From the NCBI GenBank assembly GCA_017463365.1, contig JAFTPH010000026.1, positions 620-64,619 on the forward strand: a DNA stretch of 64,000 nucleotides, written 5' to 3'. Positions 52,798 through 60,927 of this stretch are shown here, piece after piece. Each line of letters begins with the position of its first letter. Position 1 is the first letter of the stretch. A model generated the notes under the pieces. It did no database searches and was not told the origin of the DNA. It saw nothing but the letters and a program-made list of their open reading frames with translations. The position numbers and the translations under genes were made by a program. This DNA comes from Bacilli bacterium. GTDB taxonomy: Bacteria; Bacillota_I; Bacilli_A; ML615J-28; CAG-313.

Positions 52798-52863
52798 ATG
52801 AAAAATATAAATGAACATAAATTAGAAGTAATCAGTTTCTTTTGTGTAACTGTAGTTTGTTAA
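52798..52863 (+). CDS. Small peptide ORF (21 aa, MKNINEHKLEVISFFCVTVVC), a candidate signalling-peptide or RiPP-like precursor
   Basis: ATG 7 nt after GAAAGGAG. Consensus promoter upstream. Polar N-terminus and hydrophobic Cys-containing C-terminus ending in Cys. Hairpin with U-tract downstream (52896-52930). Located directly 3' of an RNPP/Rgg-like regulator and 5' of exporter genes. Not in the supplied ORF track because it is under 60 aa. Confidence 0.5.
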   Translation: MKNINEHKLEVISFFCVTVVC

Positions 52864-52895
52864 GTTTTATTAATTATAATATACTTTTAAAATTT

Positions 52896-52930
52896 AAACA
52901 CTTCTAATTTATAGGAGTGTTTTTTATTTG
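52896..52930 (+). terminator. Hairpin with U-tract between the peptide ORF and downstream genes (possible partial terminator/attenuator)
   Basis: AAACACT-tctaatttatagg-AGTGTTT followed by TTTTATTT. Confidence 0.5.
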
Positions 52931-52960
52931 CTAAATATTTAATTAGGAGATTAAAAGTAT

Positions 52961-54541
52961 ATGAATTTATTAAAAAATTATTTAGCTAAATTACATGCTC
53001 AAAATAAAAATAGAATTGATGAACTATATTTAGACAGGTTAAGTAAAATAGATGATTACAAAATATTAGAATATGAATTTTTAGGATTGAAATTTTGGTT
53101 TTTTGGAACATCTCATAGAAATCCTGAAAAACTTATTTTAAATATTGAAATTCCTAAAACATATATTAGTGATAATCTAAATACTGATAATGTAGTAGCA
53201 TTTGAACATTACGTTTTAAAAATTTTATATGAAGACGTTAATAAAATTAATGATGAATATTTTAACAAAAATAAGAGTACTAGAGAAAAGCCATATGTGG
53301 AGTCCCAAAAAACAAATGAAATTATAATTAAAAGAAATGGTATTACTTACGATTTTAAAAAGAAGGTATTTCATTATAAATTAATATTTGTTGTTCCACT
53401 TATAAATAATACTTCTATTAATGGTAAAAGTACTTTTAAGGCAATCAAAGAAATTATTTCTTTAGTATCAAAAAAATTAGAGTTTATTAACAAAGATGAA
53501 TTAAATAAAAATGTTGATATTTACTTAAAGCAACAAGAAATTAGAAGATACATTAGGGAAAATAATTTAGTTACGTTTATTGCTAATGATAGTATTTTAC
53601 CAAGAAAAGAAGGAACTAATAAACCATTAGAAGATGCAACTAAATTTATATCACCTAAGTCACTTGAAACATTAATCAAGTTAAATGATGGTACAAAGAT
53701 TTTAGGAATGGGAATTAAAAAAGGAATAACTGTTATTACTGGTGGTGGTTATTCGGGTAAAACTACTTTACTTGAAGCAATTGAAACGGGTGTATATGAT
53801 CATGAGTATGGGGATGGAAGAGAATATTGTATTACTGATGATTCTGCCATGAAGATTTGCGCTGAAGATGGTAGATATGTCACAAATACTGATATTTCAC
53901 CATTTTATAAGTATATTCCATCAAGTGAAGGGATTCATAACTTTTCAACGCAAGATGCAAGTGGAAGTATTTCACAAGCAGTAAATATTATAGAAGCAAT
54001 TAATTGTGAAAGTAAGTTACTTTTAATTGATGAAGATAGAAGTGCAACTAATTTTATGATAAGAGATTATAATATGCATTTAGTTGTGAAAAATGATCCA
54101 ATAATACCATTTACTAATAGGATTAAAGAAATCTATAATGATTATGACGCGTCAACGATATTAGTAATAGGTGGTTCAAGTGTATATTTGAATTATGCTG
54201 ATTGTGTAATTTTGTTAGAAGATTATTTGCCTAAAGATATAACTGGTTTTATTAAAGGATTAGATTTGATGAAAGTTGTAGAGGAGCCAGATAAGACAAA
54301 TTTTATATCAAAAAGAAAAATAGCTAATTTTAAATCAAAAGAAATGTTTAACTATTTTAATTTTGTTGCAAATGATAAAAGTAAAAATATTGTGATTGAT
54401 GAATATCAAGCTGATATCACGTTTATATCAACATTAATTTCAGATAGTCAAATAAACTATTTAGCTTATATAATGCAGTTAATACTATCTAGAAGTGAAT
54501 TTTGGGGTGATGATATTATTTATAGCATTATGTATAAATAA
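52961..54541 (+). CDS. Stand-alone 'ABC-class ATPase' protein (PF09818-like P-loop NTPase of unknown function)
   Basis: 526 aa, no TM. Walker A in the C-terminal half (GGGYSGKTTLLEAIETG) and Walker B-like LLLIDEDRSATNF. Long N-terminal non-ATPase region. RBS TTAGGAG. Confidence 0.6.
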   Translation: MNLLKNYLAKLHAQNKNRIDELYLDRLSKIDDYKILEYEFLGLKFWFFGTSHRNPEKLILNIEIPKTYISDNLNTDNVVAFEHYVLKILYEDVNKINDEYFNKNKSTREKPYVESQKTNEIIIKRNGITYDFKKKVFHYKLIFVVPLINNTSINGKSTFKAIKEIISLVSKKLEFINKDELNKNVDIYLKQQEIRRYIRENNLVTFIANDSILPRKEGTNKPLEDATKFISPKSLETLIKLNDGTKILGMGIKKGITVITGGGYSGKTTLLEAIETGVYDHEYGDGREYCITDDSAMKICAEDGRYVTNTDISPFYKYIPSSEGIHNFSTQDASGSISQAVNIIEAINCESKLLLIDEDRSATNFMIRDYNMHLVVKNDPIIPFTNRIKEIYNDYDASTILVIGGSSVYLNYADCVILLEDYLPKDITGFIKGLDLMKVVEEPDKTNFISKRKIANFKSKEMFNYFNFVANDKSKNIVIDEYQADITFISTLISDSQINYLAYIMQLILSRSEFWGDDIIYSIMYK

Positions 54542-54701
54542 TATTAAAATTTTAGATGAATCAATACAACAAATTATTTCACAGTATAATTTTAAGTGTG
54601 ATGTATGGTTTGACGATATACGTAAACAAGATATCATAAGTTGTATAAATAGATTAAGAGGAATTCGTTTTGAATTTATAAGTTAAAGGAGAGTGATACT
54701 G

Positions 54702-56495
54702 ATGAATTTAGATAAACCAAATATTATAAAAAACTTCTTTTACTCACTAAAGAAGATTTATAAAATTGATAAAATATTTGTTTTTGAGACTATAATACAT
54801 ACAATAATTTCTGCATTAGTTGTTTTTATGTATCCATATATATTAAAGATGGCAATAGAAGCTATTGAACAAAATTTAAGTTTTAAAGAATTAATACTAA
54901 AAGTACTTATTGTTGTAGTAAGTGTAATGATTTTAGTTTTCTTTAATCAGGCATGTTGGAGAGATCAATCTTATAGAGCGCGAAAATTATCTGCGCTATT
55001 TACAAGAGAATATCATTTAAACTCATTAAAAACTGATTATGAGAAATTTGAACAACCAGAATCACAAGATGCTTTTGAAAAAGGATCACGAGCACTAGGA
55101 ACAAGAAGTGGATTTATAGGTTTATATACAAATATGTTTACAACTATTAGTAAAGTAATTACCTTTATAATTGGTTGTGGAATAATACTAAGAGTAAGTA
55201 TTTGGTTGATAGTAATAATTGTTTTATTAGCAATTATAAAATTATTATTAACAAGTTATAATACTAAAAAAGAAAAAACAAACTTTCATGATAAAACACC
55301 TGGTATATGGAGAAAAATTAGTTATACAAATAATATATCAAAAAATTTGACAATAGGAAAAGATTTACGTATTTATGAAATGGATAAGTTTATAGATATG
55401 GAAAGACAAAAAACTATTGATGAATATATGAAACTTTATAAAAAAGAAGAAATTAGATCTAATATATTAGGCACAATAATTAATTTAATACATATATTAG
55501 ATGAAGTTGCATTATATTCATTTATGCTTTATGAAGTAATTAACAATAATATGAGTATTGCTGATTTTACTTTTATTATTGCATCAATTAGAACATTATC
55601 AAGATCGTTGACAGTTATAATAAATAATTTTAGCAATAACTTATCATATAGTTTACAGGTTAATGATTATCGAAAATTTGAAACATTAGATTTATCATTT
55701 AATGGTGATACTAAACCTCTTGTAGCAGATGAGGTAGAAATTGAATTTAAAAATGTAAGCTATAGCTACTATATGCAAGAAGGATATACACTAAAGAATA
55801 TCTCGTTTAAAATTAAGAAAGGCGAACGAATAGCACTTGTTGGTCATAATGGTGCAGGGAAAACAACTCTAATAAAACTTATTTGTGGATTTTATCATCC
55901 AACTGAAGGAGAAATCCTTATTAATGGAGTAAATATAAATGAGATAGATAGAGAAAGCTTAATAAAACTAATTGCTCCTGTTTTCCAAGATTCTAATCAT
56001 TATGCGGTCAGCATAAAAGAAAACATTGCTATGGAGACAATTGGGAATATAGATGATGAAAAATTATATATGTCACTTAATCTCGCTGGCTTATTACAAA
56101 AAATAGAAAGTTTAAAAAATGGTGTTGATACAATTATAACTCGTGATATGGATGATACAGGTGTTGAATTATCAGGTGGAGAGAGTCAAAAATTATCGAT
56201 TGCAAGAGCTATTTACAAGAATGCTCCATTTGTAATTTTAGATGAACCAACTAGTGCACTTGATCCTATAGCAGAATCTGAATTGTATATGAATTTGAAT
56301 AAAATTATTAATAATCATTCAGCTATATTTATTTCTCATAGACTTTCATCAACAAAATTTTGTGACAGAATATTCTTCTTAGAAAAAGGAGAATTGCTTG
56401 AAGTAGGCACACATAATGAATTAATGAGTATAGATAGTGAATATAAGAAACTATTTAATATGCAAGCAGAATATTATAAGGAGGTAGATGAATAA
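54702..56495 (+). CDS. ABC transporter permease/ATP-binding protein (half-transporter, exporter type), subunit 1
   Basis: N-terminal 6-TM domain. Walker A GHNGAGKTT, signature LSGGESQK, Walker B ILDEPTSALD, H-loop FISHRL. Confidence 0.85.
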   Translation: MNLDKPNIIKNFFYSLKKIYKIDKIFVFETIIHTIISALVVFMYPYILKMAIEAIEQNLSFKELILKVLIVVVSVMILVFFNQACWRDQSYRARKLSALFTREYHLNSLKTDYEKFEQPESQDAFEKGSRALGTRSGFIGLYTNMFTTISKVITFIIGCGIILRVSIWLIVIIVLLAIIKLLLTSYNTKKEKTNFHDKTPGIWRKISYTNNISKNLTIGKDLRIYEMDKFIDMERQKTIDEYMKLYKKEEIRSNILGTIINLIHILDEVALYSFMLYEVINNNMSIADFTFIIASIRTLSRSLTVIINNFSNNLSYSLQVNDYRKFETLDLSFNGDTKPLVADEVEIEFKNVSYSYYMQEGYTLKNISFKIKKGERIALVGHNGAGKTTLIKLICGFYHPTEGEILINGVNINEIDRESLIKLIAPVFQDSNHYAVSIKENIAMETIGNIDDEKLYMSLNLAGLLQKIESLKNGVDTIITRDMDDTGVELSGGESQKLSIARAIYKNAPFVILDEPTSALDPIAESELYMNLNKIINNHSAIFISHRLSSTKFCDRIFFLEKGELLEVGTHNELMSIDSEYKKLFNMQAEYYKEVDE

Positions 56496-58267
56496 TGAAA
56501 CTAAAAACAATTAAGAGAAATCTAAAATATTTTATTCCTTTACTTCTAAAGATTAGTCCAATGTCAATTATTATAATGGTATTAGTGGCATTTATAAATT
56601 CAATTAGTAATATAGCCTGGGTCGTGTTTCCAAAGTTGATATTAGATGAACTTTTTTATACAAAAAATTATGATAAATTATTCATTATTGTTATTGCATT
56701 TATTTTAATTCAATTAATATGGAGAGTATTAGGCGATATATTTAATAGTATGAATTATTATATTATACGAAAAGCAGATTTTAAAATAGATAAATTATTT
56801 AACGAAAAGATTGCTCATATTGATTACTTTCATATAGAAGATCCACAATTTAATGATGAATTAAGTTATGCGAAAAATTGTTTAAGCCAATATAGTAATG
56901 GGATTTATTCGGTAACTTGGGCAATTAAAGAATTTGTTGAAAATATAATATCAATATTAAGTGTTGTTGGAATAATTATAGCAAGTGGAGAATTCTTTAT
57001 TATACTTGTAACATTGATAGGTGTGATATTAAATACAATCTTTTATGGAAAATTTCAAAAAATAGACGAAGAGTTTAATAATGGAACAGTTCGATTTTTT
57101 AGAAAACAATGGTATTATGGCAATAGTATGATGGCATTTAGAAGTCAAAAGAATTTGAGGATGTATAGTGCAGATAATTTGATAAAAAACAGAAGTGATG
57201 AAGTAAATAATGATCTATTTAAAATAGAAGAAGAAACAAACAAAAAAAGAAATAAAGTAAGTTTATTTGAAACTAGTTTTAGCTATTTATTTACTACTTT
57301 TATAACAATAATAATTCTTGCATTTGCGGTATATTATAAAAATTTAGAATTAACTGTTTTTACAATGCTATATGGTGCAGTTCAAACACTAGATAATGGA
57401 ATTGCAAATTTAATATATTCATCAAAAAAATATTATCAAGATTGTGTTTATCAAGAAAACTTTATTAATTTAATGGAAATTGAATCTATATTTAAAGATG
57501 GTAAAAAAGCTATAGAAAATATAGAAACAATTGAATTTAAGAATGTTAGTTTCAAGTATCCAAGATGTGATTATTATGTACTCAAAAACTTAAGTTTCAA
57601 AATTGATTCTAAAGAAAAAATATCATTAGTAGGTTTAAATGGTAGTGGTAAAACAACGATAATCAAATTGATTTGTAGATTCTTTGATGTTAATGAAGGA
57701 GAAATATTAATCAATGGAGAAAACATAAAGTTATATAAATATGAAGACTATATGAAATGTTTAGCCATTGTATTTCAAGATTTTAAAATTATATCATTTA
57801 GTGTTAAAAACAATATTGCAATACTTGATGAAAATAAAGAAAAACTATATGATGTTTTAAAAAGAAGTGAAGCATTAGAAAGAATAAATGAATTACCTGA
57901 TAAAGAAAATACTTATATTAATAAATGGTTTGATAAAAAAGGTGTTGAATTCTCTGGTGGAGAACTTCAAAAATTTGCTTTGGCTAGAGCATTATATAAA
58001 GATGCAGATTTTGTTGTTTTAGATGAGCCAACAAGTGCGTTAGACCCTGTGAGTGAGTCAAAAATCTATTATCATTTCAAAGATGTTGTGGGAGAAAAAT
58101 TGACATTATTTATTTCACATAGGCTATCAAGTTGTATATTTAGTGATAAAATACTAGTACTTGATGGATATAATATTGTTGAAACTGGAACTCATGAAGA
58201 ACTTATGAAAAATAAAGAAGGCTTGTATAGAAAAATGTTTATGGCTCAAGCAGAATATTATAATTAG
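56495..58267 (+). CDS. ABC transporter permease/ATP-binding protein (half-transporter), subunit 2
   Basis: Start overlaps the previous stop (ATGA). Strong RBS AAGGAGG. Walker A GLNGSGKTT, signature FSGGELQK, Walker B VLDEPTSALD. Confidence 0.85.
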   Translation: MKLKTIKRNLKYFIPLLLKISPMSIIIMVLVAFINSISNIAWVVFPKLILDELFYTKNYDKLFIIVIAFILIQLIWRVLGDIFNSMNYYIIRKADFKIDKLFNEKIAHIDYFHIEDPQFNDELSYAKNCLSQYSNGIYSVTWAIKEFVENIISILSVVGIIIASGEFFIILVTLIGVILNTIFYGKFQKIDEEFNNGTVRFFRKQWYYGNSMMAFRSQKNLRMYSADNLIKNRSDEVNNDLFKIEEETNKKRNKVSLFETSFSYLFTTFITIIILAFAVYYKNLELTVFTMLYGAVQTLDNGIANLIYSSKKYYQDCVYQENFINLMEIESIFKDGKKAIENIETIEFKNVSFKYPRCDYYVLKNLSFKIDSKEKISLVGLNGSGKTTIIKLICRFFDVNEGEILINGENIKLYKYEDYMKCLAIVFQDFKIISFSVKNNIAILDENKEKLYDVLKRSEALERINELPDKENTYINKWFDKKGVEFSGGELQKFALARALYKDADFVVLDEPTSALDPVSESKIYYHFKDVVGEKLTLFISHRLSSCIFSDKILVLDGYNIVETGTHEELMKNKEGLYRKMFMAQAEYYN

Positions 58268-58498
58268 TTAACTATAAATTTTTGTGCTATACTATTAAAG
58301 TAAAAATGATATTAGGAGGTGCATTTATATAATTTATAGAACGTTAATTGTGTTAGTTATGATATTATTTATGATACCTCTTGTAGAGGGTAATCGAGAT
58401 AAAGAAGATATAATAGATTTTTAAATAATATAAAAAAAGGTAAGATTATTAAATATCAAAATATGTAATTAATATAAATAGTATTAAAATTTATAAAA

Positions 58499-58540
58499 TT
58501 AAGAAATGTAACTATCTTAACTGGTAGTTACATTTCTTAA
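58499..58540. repeat. Perfect 16-bp inverted repeat with 10-bp spacer in a 640-bp non-coding region
   Basis: TTAAGAAATGTAACTA-tcttaactgg-TAGTTACATTTCTTAA. Confidence 0.8.
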
Positions 58541-58758
58541 TTCTCTATTAATCTTAAAATAACTGGAAGTAAAAATGTAATGATAATTAAGATTTATAAT
58601 ATATTTCTTAATTATTAACTAATTTTATATCATTTTTAGGAGTAAAATAAAAAATAGGTATATTTAAAAATCATTAAAATAGGTGTAAATCTTTAAATTA
58701 AGAGAAAAATTATCTTGTTTATAGTATTATAAGTGTTTTCTATTACATACAAACAATA

Positions 58759-58869
58759 TTAATTAATAAATTGACAAATAAATAGAGATATTTTATACTA
58801 ACTAAAGTAGTGCTTGAGTTCATTCAAAAACCTCTTTATTGTTTTTGAAAGATAAGTATTATATAATTT
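58759..58869 (+). repeat. 111-bp direct repeat, copy 2 (carries a pseudo-3'-end ...ILINKLTNK* of a regulator gene)
   Basis: ~97% identical to 52548-52658. Contains TTGACA-17-TATACT (better -10 than copy 1) and the same 9-bp inverted repeat. Lies ~40 bp upstream of the ATG at 58911. Confidence 0.9.
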
Positions 58870-58910
58870 AAGTGTAAATGATCATTTAAATAAAATATAA
58901 GGAGAATAAT

Positions 58911-59645
58911 ATGGCTTTTAACGAACAAATACAAAAACTAAGAAAAGAATGTGGAATGACTCAAAATGAACTTGCTGAAAAACTATTTATTAGTTATCAA
59001 GCAGTAAGTCAATGGGAAAATGGTAATACAAAACCTGATATTGACTTATTACCAAAACTTGCTGAAATATTTAATGTATCAATTGATGAATTATTTGGTA
59101 GAAAAACTGTTAAATGTAATTTAACTAATGTAGAAGAAAATACTTTATATTTTGTTATTGCAACCTCAGATGAAATTATGGGAATAATGGATTTAGAAGA
59201 ATTAAAGAAAAAGCAAAATGAAGTAAAAGTTACTATTGAAGGAGATACTTTAAATGTTGTAAGTTCATCTACTGTAACTATAAAAGGTAATGTTCAAGGT
59301 AATGTTGATGCCAATCAAGATGTTAATACTTCAGCTATTGGTGGTAATGTTAGAGCAGGTTGTGATATTAATTGTGCTAATATTACAGGGAATGCTAGCG
59401 CAGGTTGTGATATTTCTTGTGCGAATATTAGTGGAAACGTTGCTGCTGGATGCGAACTTAATTGTTCGGATATTAGAGGAAATGTTTCAGTAGGTGGGAA
59501 TCTAACTTGTGAAAAAATTGAGGCTGATACTGTTAAAGCTGGCGGTATAATTTATTGTAATAAAGAAATAAAAGCTAATAAAATAGAAACTAATAATACA
59601 GTAGAGAGTAAAAATAAAACAAGTAAAATTACTATTGAAATGTAA
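58911..59645 (+). CDS. XRE-family HTH protein fused to a C-terminal Cys-rich 15-residue-repeat (beta-helix/bactofilin-DUF4097-like) domain
   Basis: HTH LRKECGMTQNELAEKLFISYQAVSQWENG. C-terminal tandem repeats GNVRAGCDINCANIT / GNASAGCDISCANIS / GNVAAGCELNCSDIR / GNVSVGGNLTCEKIE. RBS TAAGGAG. Confidence 0.75.
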   Translation: MAFNEQIQKLRKECGMTQNELAEKLFISYQAVSQWENGNTKPDIDLLPKLAEIFNVSIDELFGRKTVKCNLTNVEENTLYFVIATSDEIMGIMDLEELKKKQNEVKVTIEGDTLNVVSSSTVTIKGNVQGNVDANQDVNTSAIGGNVRAGCDINCANITGNASAGCDISCANISGNVAAGCELNCSDIRGNVSVGGNLTCEKIEADTVKAGGIIYCNKEIKANKIETNNTVESKNKTSKITIEM

Positions 59646-59648
59646 CAA

Positions 59649-59678
59649 AAGGGTATAGATTATTCTATACCTTTTCTT
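59649..59678 (+). terminator. Terminator after the XRE/beta-helix gene
   Basis: AAAGGGTATAGAttaTTCTATACCTTTTCTT. Confidence 0.8.
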
Positions 59679-59749
59679 ATATTATATTTGAATTTTTTAG
59701 TAAATAAGAGTATAATAGGTGTATATTAAAAAATAGGTGAGGAATATTT

Positions 59750-60079
59750 ATGTTCAATTTTTTATTAATAGATCCACAAACAATGGCTATATTTGCAGAA
59801 ACATTTGAAATAATTATGATATTATGTTTTGGTTTCTCATGGCCAATTTCAATTATTAAAACTTTAAAAGCCAAAACAGCGGCAGGTAAGAGTCCATTAT
59901 TTATTATTTTAATTATTACTGGGTACATCTTTGGTATCGCAAGTAAAATTATATCTGATAATATTGGTATTGCTTTTATTTTTTATTGTATTAATTTATG
60001 TACAACATCTTTTGATTTAGCATTACAATTATATTATCGTAAGAAAGATGCATTAAAAAACAAGGGGAATAATATATGA
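59750..60079 (+). CDS. Small 3-TM membrane protein, PQ-loop/SemiSWEET- or LAB_N-like (MtN3 clan)
   Basis: 109 aa with three hydrophobic helices. The ...FSWPISIIKTLKAKTAAGKS... segment resembles the PQ-loop signature. Stop overlaps the downstream start (ATGA). Confidence 0.45.
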   Translation: MFNFLLIDPQTMAIFAETFEIIMILCFGFSWPISIIKTLKAKTAAGKSPLFIILIITGYIFGIASKIISDNIGIAFIFYCINLCTTSFDLALQLYYRKKDALKNKGNNI

Positions 60080-60807
60080 AGAGTTTTGAGAAGGGAAACA
60101 TTAGGATTAAACTTGCTGAAACGAAAGAAGAATACGAAGGACTATATCGTTTAAGATATTTTGATTTATTATTAAATTACAATATCAATAATCAAAATGA
60201 TGAACAACTTGATACAGATGCATATGATAAAGTTTGTGATCATCTTATCGCAGTAGATACTAATACAAATGAAGTAGTGGGAACATATAGGATTATAAAA
60301 AAGAGCCATTTATTAGGTGAAATGCCATTTCTAACAGAAAGTGAATTTGATCTAACACCTTTAAAAAAATATGAACTAATGGAATTGGGTCGTGCGGTGG
60401 TTAAAGAAGAATATCGTGATGGTTCTGTTATTGGATTACTTTGGAGTGGCATAATTAGATACGCGATTGAAGAAAATATGGAATATATGGTTGGTACTGC
60501 TTCATTCCATGGAACAGATTATCGTGAATTTGAAGATGTATTTAGTTATTTATATCACAATAATTTATCACCAACGGAGATTAGATGTAATGTAAATCAA
60601 GATTCAGCCATTGATATGCAGATATTAAATGATTATCAAGAAGAAGTTGCTAAAAAAAATATGCCCCCTCTTATTAAAGGTTATTTGCGTTTAGGTGCAA
60701 CAATTGGTAATGGAATTTATATTGATAGAGACTTTAATAGCTTAGATGTTTTAATTGTTTTGAAAATAAGTGAAATTAATCCTAGATATTTAAAACGATA
60801 TTTATAA
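60076..60807 (+). CDS. GNAT-family N-acyltransferase of the OlsB / N-acyl amino acid synthase (Acetyltransf_5) type
   Basis: Characteristic ...PPLIKGYLRLGA... motif plus Y-R-I-I-K and G-R-A-V-V segments typical of OlsB/NAS/hemolysin-like N-acyltransferases. 243 aa. Confidence 0.7.
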   Translation: MKSFEKGNIRIKLAETKEEYEGLYRLRYFDLLLNYNINNQNDEQLDTDAYDKVCDHLIAVDTNTNEVVGTYRIIKKSHLLGEMPFLTESEFDLTPLKKYELMELGRAVVKEEYRDGSVIGLLWSGIIRYAIEENMEYMVGTASFHGTDYREFEDVFSYLYHNNLSPTEIRCNVNQDSAIDMQILNDYQEEVAKKNMPPLIKGYLRLGATIGNGIYIDRDFNSLDVLIVLKISEINPRYLKRYL

Positions 60808-60817
60808 TTAATTAAAA

Positions 60818-60846
60818 ATACCTGCTAAATTTGCAGGTGTTTATTC
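60818..60846 (+). terminator. Terminator after the N-acyltransferase gene
   Basis: ACCTGCaaatttGCAGGT followed by GTTTATTCTTT. Confidence 0.75.
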
Positions 60847-60927
60847 TTTATCACAAAACTTGTAAAAATATTCTTTTTTTAGTACAATATATGAGTGATT
60901 ATTTTTAAACCAAATGAGGAGGAAGTT

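Noticed and set aside
54495-54686. 63-aa ORF overlapping the 3' end of the ABC-class ATPase gene and filling the 160-bp spacer before the first ABC exporter gene. There is also a 27-aa alternative-frame ORF starting at ~54568.
   Set aside because: No RBS in front of either. The 63-aa ORF overlaps the preceding CDS by 46 nt in another frame. The spacer more likely carries an internal promoter or UTR. No frameshift was evident that would join it to the upstream gene.
58300-58440. Short ORFs after an AGGAGG at 58313 (8-aa MILGGAFI; 24-aa GTG-initiated VLVMILFMIPLVEGNRDKEDIIDF).
   Set aside because: The AGGAGG lies inside or overlaps the 8-aa ORF. The 24-aa ORF's start is ~30 nt from the SD. Neither looks like a genuine gene, so they were treated as non-coding.
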